Assembly: GCA_038320275.1 (NCBI GenBank)
Contig: JBBQEB010000074.1
Coordinates: forward strand, 1 to 17,614
Source: Myxococcales bacterium
Lineage (GTDB): Bacteria > Myxococcota > Myxococcia > Myxococcales > Anaeromyxobacteraceae
DNA: 17,614 nucleotides
Direction: 5' to 3'
Shown: piece after piece, positions 1-8,308 of the stretch
How positions within the stretch are numbered: the first letter of the stretch is position 1
Layout of the letters: each line of letters begins with the position of its first letter
Made by a program: the position numbers and the translations under genes
Notes under the pieces: generated by a model
What the model was told of the DNA's origin: nothing
Databases searched by the model: none
Seen by the model: the letters and a program-made list of their open reading frames with translations, nothing else

Positions 1-466
1 GAGACGAGCCGTGGCGCGGCGAGCGCGCCACCGCGAGCGCGGCCTGGCGCAGGCTCTCCAGCGCGGGAGCGCCCTGCCCCAGCGCGAGGTGGGCGCGCGC
101 CGAGGCGAGGTGCGCGTCGGGGAGCTCGGGCGCGAGCTCCACGGCCACCACCGCGCGCGAGAGGGCATCCGCGGGCGCGTTGTCCTCCAGCGCGCGCGTC
201 GCGCCGCGAACCTCCGCAGCCGCCAGGTCGTCCAGATCGTCGAGCGCAAGCTCCGACTGGAGCTCGCGGAGCCGGCGCTCCTCCGCACCGGCGCGGGAAA
301 GGTCCCCCGCGGCCAGCGCGAGGCGCCGAGCGTGCCAGGTGGCGAGGAGCTCGCCGCGGGTCGCGCGGACCGGCGCGATGGCGCGCAGGCCCGGCGCCGC
401 GTCTCCGGTCCGAGCAGGAGCGGCGAGCGGCAGCAGCAACAGGAGGCCGACGATCGCCCGTTTCAC
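1..466 (-). CDS. N-terminal part of a putative exported/membrane TPR-like protein (runs off the left edge)
   Basis: Not in the ORF track. Manual translation from GTG at 466 gives MKRAIVGLLLLLPLAAPART (signal-peptide-like) then helical ...ALSRAVVAVELAPELPDAHLASARAHLALGQG (TPR-like). The frame is open to position 1. Confidence 0.7.
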   Translation of the reverse strand, partial: MKRAIVGLLLLLPLAAPARTGDAAPGLRAIAPVRATRGELLATWHARRLALAAGDLSRAGAEERRLRELQSELALDDLDDLAAAEVRGATRALEDNAPADALSRAVVAVELAPELPDAHLASARAHLALGQGAPALESLRQAALAVARSPRHGSS

Positions 467-475
467 GCAGGGTCG

Positions 476-484
476 ATGCTAACA
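476..484 (-). promoter_or_regulatory. Extended -10 promoter candidate (TGtTAGCAT) for the TPR-like gene
   Basis: Minus strand reads gTGtTAGCAT-cgaccctgc-GTG: a TGn+TANNNT motif 9 nt before the start codon. Confidence 0.45.
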
Positions 485-514
485 CGCGGCCTGGAGGATA
501 AAACATGTGGGAAC

Positions 515-1336
515 ATGTCCACACCCAGCGAATCCATCGAGCGGCTGGTCGGCATCATGGCGCGCCTGCGCGAGCCCGGGGGGTGCCCCTGGGACCGCGA
601 GCAGACGCTCGTGAGCTTGCGCCCCTATCTCCTCGAGGAGACGTACGAGGTGCTGGAGGCCATCGACGACGGCGATCCGCGCGAGCACTGCGAGGAGCTC
701 GGGGACCTGCTGCTGCAGATCGTCTTCCAGGCGCGCGTCGCGGAGGAGGAGGGCCGGTTCGGCTTTCCGGACGTGGCGAACGCCATCGCGGACAAGCTGG
801 TGCGCAGGCACCCACACGTCTTCGGCGATGCCAAGGTGGAGGGCGCCGAGGGCGTGCTCCGGCAATGGGCGGCGCTGAAGCGGGAGGAGAAGGCCGCCAA
901 GGGCGGGAGCACGAGCGCGCTCGTCGGGGTGCCTCGCGAGCTGCCCGCGCTCGCGCGCGCCGACCGGCTGGCCGAGAAGGCGAGCCGGGTGGGCTTCGAC
1001 TGGCCCGACGTGGCTGGGGCGCGGGCCAAGGTCGACGAGGAGCTGCGAGAGCTGGACGACGCGATGGCGACCGGCGATCGGTCCGCGGTCGAGAGCGAGC
1101 TCGGCGACGTGCTCTTCGCCGTCGCGAACGTGGGGCGCAAGCTGGGAGTGGCGCCGGAGGAGGCGCTCCGGGGCACCGTGGCGCGCTTCATCGCCCGCTT
1201 CCAGCACGTGGAGAGGGAGCTCCTTCTCCGCGGGGTCGCTCCAGGCGAGGCTTCCCCGGAGCAGATGGACGAGCTCTGGATCGAGGCCAAGCGCCTGGAG
1301 ATCGAAACCGCAGAATCAAGGGTGAAGAGTCGCTGA
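515..1336 (+). CDS. mazG: Nucleoside triphosphate pyrophosphohydrolase MazG (tandem-domain)
   Basis: Motifs LREPGGCPWDREQT, EETYEVLEAI, EELGDLLLQIVF, KLVRRHPHVFG, GFDWPD, ELGDVLFA. The likely start is ATG at 515 (MSTPSE); the ORF-track extension to 11 is antisense to the neighbouring gene. Confidence 0.95.
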   Translation: MSTPSESIERLVGIMARLREPGGCPWDREQTLVSLRPYLLEETYEVLEAIDDGDPREHCEELGDLLLQIVFQARVAEEEGRFGFPDVANAIADKLVRRHPHVFGDAKVEGAEGVLRQWAALKREEKAAKGGSTSALVGVPRELPALARADRLAEKASRVGFDWPDVAGARAKVDEELRELDDAMATGDRSAVESELGDVLFAVANVGRKLGVAPEEALRGTVARFIARFQHVERELLLRGVAPGEASPEQMDELWIEAKRLEIETAESRVKSR

Positions 1337-1369
1337 CCCCTGTCGGGGGACCTGTTGACCTCGCTCATT

Positions 1370-1567
1370 TGTGGAAAGTTCGTGGAGAACTGTGGGGCAC
1401 CCCGCGTCACCAGCGGGGACAAGGACGGGTGAGCTTGTGGATCTGGCGTGGACCGAAGGCAAAAAAGTCCGTCGGAGCAGGATGTTACGCGCGGTCGGTT
1501 CCAAGGGGTCTTGCGCTCCCGTGTCAGGGGTCGGTGGCGTGCCCTTCTCCATCGTGCTGGTGGATAA
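1370..1567. promoter_or_regulatory. Cluster of co-oriented DnaA-box-like sites with an embedded IHF-like site
   Basis: TGTGGAAAG 1370, CGTGGAGAA 1381, TGTGGGGCA 1391, CGGGGACAA 1414, TGTGGATCT 1436, CGTGGACCG 1447, GGTGGATAA 1559 (consensus TGTGNAWAA). IHF-like AAAAAA-N8-GAGCAG-N4-TTA at 1461-1487. Confidence 0.6.
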
Positions 1568-1767
1568 GTGATCCGGCGCGGCTACCCGCAGGGCCAGGTG
1601 GCGCACGGCTCCGGAGCCCGGGCGCGCCGCGCGGCCTTCTGGCGCAAGGGCGCAGGAGGCGGGTGCGGCGCCAGGGCGCGCCGCTGTAAGGGTTGGTGCG
1701 CATCCGCGTGCCGCGGCCGCGCCGTGGCCCAGCGGGCGAAACGGGGGCGCGCAAATGCCGAGACACC

Positions 1768-1796
1768 TTGACTCCCCGGGCGCACACGGGTAACAA
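1768..1796 (+). promoter_or_regulatory. Sigma70-type promoter of rpsT
   Basis: TTGACT (1768-1773), 17-bp spacer, TAACAA (1791-1796), followed by a GC-rich stretch. GGAG Shine-Dalgarno at 1822-1825. Confidence 0.6.
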
Positions 1797-1831
1797 GCCG
1801 CCTTCCCGCAAGCCTTTTTCCGGAGAGAACG

Positions 1832-2119
1832 TTGGCGAACACCCCCTCGGCCACGAAGCGCAACCGCCAGGCGCAGAAGCGCCGGCTCCAGAACGTTCAG
1901 GTCCGCACCGGACTCAAGTCGGCCGTGAAGAAGGCGCGCGAGGCCATCGCCCACGGTGGCGACGCGGCCAAGGAGCCCCTGCAGGTCGCGATCCGCACGC
2001 TCGGGAAGGCGAAGTCGAAGGGAATCCTCCACAAGAATGCCGCCTCCCGGCGCATTGGCCGGCTGGCCAAGGCCGCTGCGAAGGCTGCCAAGCCTGCCGC
2101 AGCGCCCGCCGCCACGTAG
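1832..2119 (+). CDS. rpsT: 30S ribosomal protein S20
   Basis: MANTPSATKRNRQAQKRRLQN...KGILHKNAASRRIGRL is the S20 signature. TTG start, as in E. coli rpsT. Confidence 0.97.
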   Translation: MANTPSATKRNRQAQKRRLQNVQVRTGLKSAVKKAREAIAHGGDAAKEPLQVAIRTLGKAKSKGILHKNAASRRIGRLAKAAAKAAKPAAAPAAT

Positions 2120-2158
2120 TGCCGCAAATTGAGGCAACGGGCGGGGCATCCCCTCCCC

Positions 2159-2671
2159 TCAAGGCAGCTCGAACCGCTCCACCAGGTCGCGCGCGGCGGC
2201 CTCGGCCGCGCGACGCAGCGCGATGCGCCTGCGCCCCTCGCTCTCCAGCGGATCCTGGCCCGCGAGATAGTCCTCCTGGCGGACCGCCCGTCCCTCCGCC
2301 ACGACCTTGGCTCCCACCAGGAGCCGCCCGGACACCGTGAGCGTGAGGCTGCTCGTGGCGCCGTTGGGGCTCGACGGGCCGAAGGCAACCTCGTCTACCG
2401 AGCCCTCGATCCGCGCCGCCGCGCCCGGGCCACCCTCCGCCGACCGCCTCGCGAGCTGCGCGCGCATCGACGCCGCCACCAGCGCCCCGGCGTCGGGGTC
2501 GGTGGTGTGGTTCTCGAGCGGGCGGACGAACACGCTCTCCGCACCGGGCGGCATCCTCCCCCTCCCCGCGGTGAGGCCGTACCCGCAGGCCACGACCGCC
2601 AGCGCGCCGGTGGCCGCGGCGCGGAGAGCCGCGGAACGCGCGCGCGGAAGGCTGCGGGCCGCCCAGGTCAT
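2159..2671 (-). CDS. lptE: LPS-assembly lipoprotein LptE family protein
   Basis: The ATG overlaps the leuS stop (ATGA). Lipobox-like AVVA-CGY, then [10 protein letters not shown], and C-terminal [15 protein letters not shown]. It sits in the classic position downstream of leuS. Confidence 0.8.
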   Translation of the reverse strand: MTWAARSLPRARSAALRAAATGALAVVACGYGLTAGRGRMPPGAESVFVRPLENHTTDPDAGALVAASMRAQLARRSAEGGPGAAARIEGSVDEVAFGPSSPNGATSSLTLTVSGRLLVGAKVVAEGRAVRQEDYLAGQDPLESEGRRRIALRRAAEAAARDLVERFELP

Positions 2672-5160
2672 ACGACGAAGCTCATGAGTCGCTTCGGCAC
2701 GAAGACCACCTTCCGGATCGTCTTGCCGGCGAGGTAGCCCGCCACCTTCTCGTCCGCCTCGGCGAGCTGTCGCACCTCCGCCTCGGTGGCCTCGGCGGGC
2801 GCGCGGACCTGACCGCGCAGCTTCCCGTTCACCTGCACGGCGATGGTGACGACGTCCGCCACCAGCAGGGCGGGGTCGAACACGGGCCAGGGCTGATCGG
2901 CCAGGAGCTCGCCCTCGGCCGCCGGACCCGCGAGCGCGTGCCAGAGCTCCTCTGCGATGTGGGGCGCGAAGGGCGCGAGGAGGTGGCAGAGCGCCTCCAG
3001 AGCCTCCCGGACTGCGGCGCGCTCGGCGTCGGTGTGCGGGTCGAGGGGCGAGAGCTCGTTCACCAGTTCCATGAGCGCGGCGATGCTGGTGTTGAGCTTG
3101 AGGTCGCCCTCGAAGCCGTCGGTGACGCGCTGGACCGTCCTGTGCGTGCGCCGGCGGAGCGCGAGGAACGGCCCCTCCGCCCGGGAGAGCGCCTCGAGCG
3201 GCGCGTCGAAGCAGGCCTGGCGACCGGAGAAGGCGCGCCACGCGCGCGCGAGGAAGCGCAGCACGCCCTCCACCTGCTCGTCCGACCAGTCGATGTCCTT
3301 CTCCACCGGCGCGGCGAAGAGCACGAAGGTGCGCGCGGCGTCGGCGCCGTACCGCTGCACCAGCGGCCCGGGCGAGACCACGTTGCCCCAGCGCTTGGAC
3401 ATCTTCCGCCCGTCGAGACCGTTCACGATGCCCTGCGTGATGAGGCGGCGCGCCGGCTCGGCGGTCGGCACCAGCCCCAGCTCGTGCATGACGCGGTTCC
3501 AGAAGCGGAAGTAGAGGAGGTGCATCACCGCGTGCTCGGGGCCGCCGACGTACACGTCGACCGGCAGCCAGCGCCGCGCCTCCTCCACCTGGAAGGGCGC
3601 CGTCGCGTCGTGCGGCGAGAGGTAGCGCGCGTAGTACCAGGCCGAATCGACGAAGGTGTCCATCGTCTCCGTCTCGCGGCGGGCCGGCTTGCCGCAGGTC
3701 GGGCACGTCGCCCGCACGAACTCGGGCACCTTGGCGAGCGGCGGCTCGCCGGTCCCGGTGATGATGGCTTCGGCGGGCAGCTTCACGGGGAGCTCGTCCA
3801 CCGGGACCGGCACCGCCCCGTGCTCCTCGCAGTAGACGATCGGAATGGGCGTCCCCCAGTAACGCTGGCGCGAGAATCCCCAGTCGCGCAGGTGCCAGCG
3901 CACCGCCAGCTCGCCGAAGCCCTTCGACTTCGCGTCGGCGGCCATGCGCGAGCGCGCCTCCGCGCTCCCGGCACCGGTGTAGGGGCCCGAGCCCTCCAGG
4001 ACCCCGTCCTCGGTGGTGGCGGCGGCCAGCGCCTCCCCAGCGGGCGTCCTCTCGCCCTGCGCCGGCTGGATCACGGTGCGCACCGCGAGGCCGTACTTTC
4101 GTGCGAACTCGAAGTCGCGCTGGTCGTGCGCGGGCACGCTCATGACCGCCCCGGTGCCGTAACCCGCCAGCACGAAGTTCGCGATCCAGACCGGCACGCG
4201 CTCCCCGTTGAAGGGATTGGTGGCATGGGCACCGGTGAAGACGCCCTCCTTCGGCGCGCCCTCGCCGGTGCGCTCCGCCGCCTCCACACGCTTCAGGCGC
4301 TCGACGAACGCGCGCACCTCCTCGCGTCGCTCGGGCCGGGTGACCCTCTCCACCAGCGGGTGCTCCGGGGCGAGCACGAGGTAGGTGCAGCCGAAGATGG
4401 TGTCGATGCGGGTGGTGAAGACCTGCACCTTTTCGGCGCTGCCCTCCAGGGCGAAGTCCACCTGGGCGCCCTCGCTCCTCCCGATCCAGTGGCGCTGCAT
4501 CGCGGTCACGCGCTCGGGCCAGGCGGTGAGCTCGTCGAGGCCGGCCAGGAGATCTTCGGCGTAGGCGGTGATGCGGAAGGCCCACTCCGGGATCGCCTTC
4601 TCCAGGACGGGCGAGCCGCAGCGCTCGCAGCGCTCCTCCAGCACCTGCTCGTTCGCGATGACGGTGAGGCAGCCGGTGCACCAGTTGGCCTTGCCCTGGC
4701 GCCGGTAGACGATCCCCTTCTCCAGCATCTTGACGAAGAACCACTGGTTCCAGCGGTAGTACTCCGGGTCCGCAGTGACGATCTCGCGCTCCCAGTCGAA
4801 GGAGTACCCGAGCAGCTTCATGTCCTCGCGGAAGGTGGCGATGTTCTCGCGCGTGCGGACCGCGGGGTGCTTGCCGTCCTTCAAGGCGGCGTTCTCCGCG
4901 GGCAGCCCCAGGGCGTCGAAGCCGATGGGGTGCAGCACGTCGTGGCCGCGCATCCGGTAGTAGCGGGCGAGGGCGTCGCCGATGACGTAGACGCGGGCGT
5001 GGCCCATGTGCATGGCGCCCGACGGATACGGGAACATCTCCAAGACGTACTTCTTCGGGCGATCGGGGTGGCGCCCGGCGCGGAAGGCGCCCGCCTCGTC
5101 CCAGCGGCGCCGCCAGCGCGGCTCGATGGCCTGCGGGTCGTAACGATCTTCCATGGGCAT
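2668..5160 (-). CDS. leuS: Leucine--tRNA ligase
   Basis: [15 protein letters not shown] (HIGH motif), CP1 editing motifs FTTRIDT and [28 protein letters not shown]-terminal VQVNGKLRG. Start at ATG 5160 or 5154. Confidence 0.98.
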   Translation of the reverse strand: MPMEDRYDPQAIEPRWRRRWDEAGAFRAGRHPDRPKKYVLEMFPYPSGAMHMGHARVYVIGDALARYYRMRGHDVLHPIGFDALGLPAENAALKDGKHPAVRTRENIATFREDMKLLGYSFDWEREIVTADPEYYRWNQWFFVKMLEKGIVYRRQGKANWCTGCLTVIANEQVLEERCERCGSPVLEKAIPEWAFRITAYAEDLLAGLDELTAWPERVTAMQRHWIGRSEGAQVDFALEGSAEKVQVFTTRIDTIFGCTYLVLAPEHPLVERVTRPERREEVRAFVERLKRVEAAERTGEGAPKEGVFTGAHATNPFNGERVPVWIANFVLAGYGTGAVMSVPAHDQRDFEFARKYGLAVRTVIQPAQGERTPAGEALAAATTEDGVLEGSGPYTGAGSAEARSRMAADAKSKGFGELAVRWHLRDWGFSRQRYWGTPIPIVYCEEHGAVPVPVDELPVKLPAEAIITGTGEPPLAKVPEFVRATCPTCGKPARRETETMDTFVDSAWYYARYLSPHDATAPFQVEEARRWLPVDVYVGGPEHAVMHLLYFRFWNRVMHELGLVPTAEPARRLITQGIVNGLDGRKMSKRWGNVVSPGPLVQRYGADAARTFVLFAAPVEKDIDWSDEQVEGVLRFLARAWRAFSGRQACFDAPLEALSRAEGPFLALRRRTHRTVQRVTDGFEGDLKLNTSIAALMELVNELSPLDPHTDAERAAVREALEALCHLLAPFAPHIAEELWHALAGPAAEGELLADQPWPVFDPALLVADVVTIAVQVNGKLRGQVRAPAEATEAEVRQLAEADEKVAGYLAGKTIRKVVFVPKRLMSFVV

Positions 5161-5169
5161 AGGGGCGCG

Positions 5170-5216
5170 AATGTAGCGCCTGCCGCGCCGCGGCGCGATC
5201 CCGGGCGAGCTATAGT
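5170..5216. promoter_or_regulatory. Divergent -10 elements for leuS (TACATT, minus, 5175-5170) and asnS (TATAGT, plus, 5211-5216)
   Basis: These AT-rich TANNNT hexamers stand out in an otherwise GC-rich 87-bp divergent gap. asnS has a GAGGAGG Shine-Dalgarno at 5235-5241. Confidence 0.5.
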
Positions 5217-5247
5217 CCCGCACCGCTCGCAGCCGAGGAGGCACCGC

Positions 5248-6627
5248 ATGTTTCCGCCCGTCCACGTCGCCGACATCGCAAAGCACGAGGGAAAGGAGGT
5301 CGTCCTCCACGGCTGGCTCCACAACCGCCGCTCCTCCGGGAAGCTGCACTTCCTGCAGGTGCGCGACGGCACCGGCACCATCCAGTGCGTGGTGTTCAAG
5401 GGCAACGTCACGCCGGAGGTGTTCGCCGAGGCGGACCACCTGCCCCAGGAGACGTCGGTGGTGGTCTCCGGGCTCGTGAAGAAGGACGCGCGCTCGCCCA
5501 TCGGCTTCGAGCTCGACGTGAAGGACCTGCGGGTGGTGGCGAGGCCGACGCGCGAGTTCCCCATCGGCCACAAGGACCACGGCGTGGCTTTCCTCATGGA
5601 GCAGCGCCACAACTGGCTCCGCTCGCCGCGGCAGACGGTGATCCTCCGCGTCCGGCACAGCGTGGAGGCGGCCATCCGCGGCTTCTTCGACGGGCGGGGC
5701 TTCACGCTGGTGGACGCGCCCATCTTCACGCCCAGCGCGTGCGAGGGGACGAGCACGCTCTTCGAGGTGCCCTACTTCGACCTCGGCAAGGCGTACCTCA
5801 CGCAGTCGGGGCAGCTCTACATGGAAGCCGCCGCCATGGCGCTCGGGAAGGTCTACTGCTTCGGCCCCACCTTCCGCGCCGAGAAGTCGAAGACCCGGCG
5901 CCATCTCACCGAGTTCTGGATGGTGGAGCCAGAGGTCGCCTACATGGACCTCGACGGCGACATGGAGCTCATGGAGACCTTCGTCTCCTACGTCGTGCAG
6001 ACGGTGCTCGCGAAGCACGAGCGCGAGCTGCGCGAGGTGCTGGAGCGGGACGTCGAGAAGCTGCGCAAGGTGGTTCCGCCCTTCCCGCGCATCACCTACA
6101 CCGAGGCAGTGGAGATCATCCGCGAGGCCCAGGCCCGCTCGAGAGCGCAGGGGCAGCCGGAAGAGGTTGGCCCGGAGCGAGCGGGGGAGGCGGGGGTGCA
6201 GCATCCCCCCCCGTTCAAGTGGGGCGACGACATCGGAGGGGACGAGGAGACCTTGGTCGCCTCGGCGTACGACCGGCCGGTGATGGTGCATCGCTACCCG
6301 GCGCAGATGAAGGCCTTCTACTTCAAGAAGGATCCGGCGGACCCGAAGGTGGCGCTGGGCTGCGACATGCTTGCGCCCGAGGGGTACGGCGAGATCATCG
6401 GCGGCGGCCAGCGCGAGGACGACCTCGCCACGCTGGAGGCCGGCATCGCCGAGCACCACCTGCCGAAGGAGGCGTTCGAGTGGTACCTCGACGCCCGCCG
6501 GTACGGCAGCGTGCCCCACGCGGGCTTCGGGATGGGCGTCGAGCGGTGCGTGGCCTGGATCTGCGGGCTGCACCACGTGAGGGAGACCATCCCCTTCCCG
6601 CGGATGATGGAAAGAATCACGCCGTGA
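5248..6627 (+). CDS. asnS: Asparagine--tRNA ligase
   Basis: OB-fold [52 protein letters not shown] (motif 2), [29 protein letters not shown] (motif 3). ATG at 5248 follows a strong SD. Confidence 0.95.
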   Translation: MFPPVHVADIAKHEGKEVVLHGWLHNRRSSGKLHFLQVRDGTGTIQCVVFKGNVTPEVFAEADHLPQETSVVVSGLVKKDARSPIGFELDVKDLRVVARPTREFPIGHKDHGVAFLMEQRHNWLRSPRQTVILRVRHSVEAAIRGFFDGRGFTLVDAPIFTPSACEGTSTLFEVPYFDLGKAYLTQSGQLYMEAAAMALGKVYCFGPTFRAEKSKTRRHLTEFWMVEPEVAYMDLDGDMELMETFVSYVVQTVLAKHERELREVLERDVEKLRKVVPPFPRITYTEAVEIIREAQARSRAQGQPEEVGPERAGEAGVQHPPPFKWGDDIGGDEETLVASAYDRPVMVHRYPAQMKAFYFKKDPADPKVALGCDMLAPEGYGEIIGGGQREDDLATLEAGIAEHHLPKEAFEWYLDARRYGSVPHAGFGMGVERCVAWICGLHHVRETIPFPRMMERITP

Positions 6628-6658
6628 CCGGTCGCGGGAAGCGCGACCGGGTCACGGC
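6621..6658 (+). terminator. Long hairpin overlapping the asnS stop codon (terminator or mRNA stabiliser)
   Basis: GCCGTGACCGGTCGCG-ggaag-CGCGACCG(G)GTCACGGC: a 16-bp stem with one bulge. The U-tract is weak. Confidence 0.55.
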
Positions 6659-6664
6659 TTCCAT

Positions 6665-6826
6665 GGGACGGGGCATGCTGCCCCGCCCCGCCGAGCGAAG
6701 CTCGGCGAGGGCCCCACCCTGCTCGCAGGGGCCCACGCGCGCTTCGCGCGCTATCCTTCCTGGAGGGCTCGCGCCCTCCCCGCCTGCGGCGGGGCCCCTC
6801 CCAATTGCCTCGACCCCTGCTCGCCT
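6665..6826. repeat. REP-like multi-hairpin intergenic element
   Basis: Six consecutive short inverted repeats at 6665-6689, 6689-6707, 6717-6730, 6737-6751, 6762-6779 and 6778-6794. Internal repeats CCCTGCTCGC (x2) and GGGCCC(C) (x3). Confidence 0.55.
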
Positions 6827-6829
6827 GTC

Positions 6830-7210
6830 TCACCCCGCGCCCGCGAGGAGCTCCTTCACCAGCTCCACGAGCTGTCCGCTCTGGATCGGCTTCACCAGAT
6901 AGGCGTTCGCCCCGAGCCCCCGCGCACGGTCGATGTCCGCCTGGGCTCCTTCGGTGGAGATGACCACGATGGGCGTGCGCTGGTGGTCCCCTCCCGAGCG
7001 CACCAGGGCGATGAGCTTGAGGCCGTCGAGCACCGGCATGTTGATGTCGGTGAGGATGACGTCCGCCCGCGTGCCCCGCAGCTTGCGAAACGCCTCCGCG
7101 CCGTCGGCCGCCTCCTCCACCTCGAGCCCGGCGCGCTCCAGCGACTGGCGAAGCTGCCGCCGCATGGCCGCGCTGTCGTCCACCACCAGGGCGAGGTGCG
7201 GGCCGGTCAC
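6830..7210 (-). CDS. cheY: CheY-like single-domain response regulator
   Basis: Likely GTG start at 7210, just after the cheB stop. LVVDDS, LTDINMP (phospho-Asp), IST and YLVKP are all intact. Confidence 0.92.
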   Translation of the reverse strand: MTGPHLALVVDDSAAMRRQLRQSLERAGLEVEEAADGAEAFRKLRGTRADVILTDINMPVLDGLKLIALVRSGGDHQRTPIVVISTEGAQADIDRARGLGANAYLVKPIQSGQLVELVKELLAGAG

Positions 7211-7212
7211 CG

Positions 7213-8295
7213 TCAGCGCCGCTCCGCGAAGCGCCGGATCCGGTCCGCGATGTCCTCGATGGTGAGGATCGCGTCCACGACCCCCGTGTCCGCCGCTTCC
7301 TGGGGCATGCCGTACACCACCGCGCTCTCGGCACATTCGGCCAGCACGAGCCCACCCGCCTCCTTCACGCGCTGGACTCCGCGGCGCCCGTCGTTCCCCA
7401 TGCCGGTGAGCACCACCGCGCACACGCGTTCGCCCATGGCCTCCGCAGCCGATTCGAAGAGCACGTCCACGCTCGGGCAGTAGCGCCGGGCGTCGCGCGC
7501 CTCCGGCTCCGTCACCTGAGCGGTCAGGGGCCCCGCCGGTCCGCCTGCGCGAATGACGCGGAGGTGGCGACCCCCGGGCGCCAGGAGCGCCGTCCCCTCG
7601 AGGAGCTCCTCGCCGTCCCGCGCCTCGCGCACGTCGAGGCTGCTCGCCTTGCCGAGCCGCTCCGCGAACGCGAACGTGAAGGGGGCCGGCATGTGCTGCG
7701 CGATGCCATAGGCGAGTGGAAGGTCGCTGGGCAGCGCACCCAGGAGCCTCGTGAGCGCGGCGGGACCTCCGGTGGACGCGCCCAGCACCACCAGGCGCGC
7801 GGGCCTCACCGGCGCGCGGGCGGCTCGAGGCACGACCGGGCGCGGGGTCGCCTCGCGGAGGTTCTCGAGCCGGAGCGCGCGCACCGTGGCGAGCTTGCCT
7901 CGCAGCTCCTCTCGAAGGGCGCGCACCGCGGCCTCGGCGGTGAGCCCCTCGCCCTTGGCGATGAAGTCGAGCGCGCCGAGCTCCAGCGCCTTGAACACGT
8001 CCGCCTTGCGCGCGTTGGAAGAGACGACGATCACCGGCATCGGCTGCCGGGCCATGAGGAGCCGCAGGAAGGTGAAGCCGTCCATGCGCGGCATCTCGAG
8101 GTCGAGGAAGACGCAGTCGGGGCGGAGCTCGAGCGCGGCGCGCAGGGCTTCCTCTCCGTCCACCGCCCGTCCCACCACCTGCACCCCCGGCTCGCCTTCC
8201 AGCGCCTCCGTGAGCGCGCGCTGGACCGCGCTCGAGTCGTCGACGACGAGGACGCGGAGCGGGGGAGGCCGAGGTGGCGGGCGCGAGGTGGGCAC
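7213..8295 (-). CDS. cheB: Chemotaxis protein-glutamate methylesterase (REC + CheB)
   Basis: REC domain (VVDDS, LDLEMP) plus the catalytic triad motifs GASTGG, QHMP and LTGMGNDG. Confidence 0.96.
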   Translation of the reverse strand: MPTSRPPPRPPPLRVLVVDDSSAVQRALTEALEGEPGVQVVGRAVDGEEALRAALELRPDCVFLDLEMPRMDGFTFLRLLMARQPMPVIVVSSNARKADVFKALELGALDFIAKGEGLTAEAAVRALREELRGKLATVRALRLENLREATPRPVVPRAARAPVRPARLVVLGASTGGPAALTRLLGALPSDLPLAYGIAQHMPAPFTFAFAERLGKASSLDVREARDGEELLEGTALLAPGGRHLRVIRAGGPAGPLTAQVTEPEARDARRYCPSVDVLFESAAEAMGERVCAVVLTGMGNDGRRGVQRVKEAGGLVLAECAESAVVYGMPQEAADTGVVDAILTIEDIADRIRRFAERR

Positions 8296-8308
8296 AGGGT
8301 GTGTCGCG

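Noticed and set aside
1345..1600. Calling the DnaA-box cluster oriC
   Set aside because: There is no AT-rich unwinding element or DnaA-trio run and no dnaA/dnaN/gidA neighbours. It cannot be fully excluded without GC-skew analysis.
1337..1830. Possible housekeeping RNA (RNase P, tmRNA, SRP, 6S, tRNA) or CRISPR array in the gap
   Set aside because: I found no hallmark sequences (e.g. RNase P GAGGAAAGTCC, tmRNA or tRNA ends) and no repeat-spacer periodicity.
1371..1863. Short ORFs in the mazG-rpsT gap (1371..1571, 1568..1771, 1524..1811, 1582..1863)
   Set aside because: They lack recognisable motifs and convincing RBSs. The region is better explained by DnaA/IHF-like sites and the rpsT promoter.
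2139..2157. Small hairpin GGGCGGGG-cat-CCCCTCCC between rpsT and lptE
   Set aside because: The stem is imperfect with no U-tract on either side, too weak to call a terminator.
5161..5247. T-box or attenuator for the divergent tRNA synthetases
   Set aside because: The gap is only 87 bp, with no T-box consensus or leader peptide.
2938..6576. Giant ORF-track extensions (2668..6576 minus, 2938..6627 plus) suggesting fused or overlapping proteins
   Set aside because: These are antisense read-throughs of leuS and asnS, expected in high-GC DNA. The true starts are at 5160/5154 and 5248, with promoter and SD signals between them.
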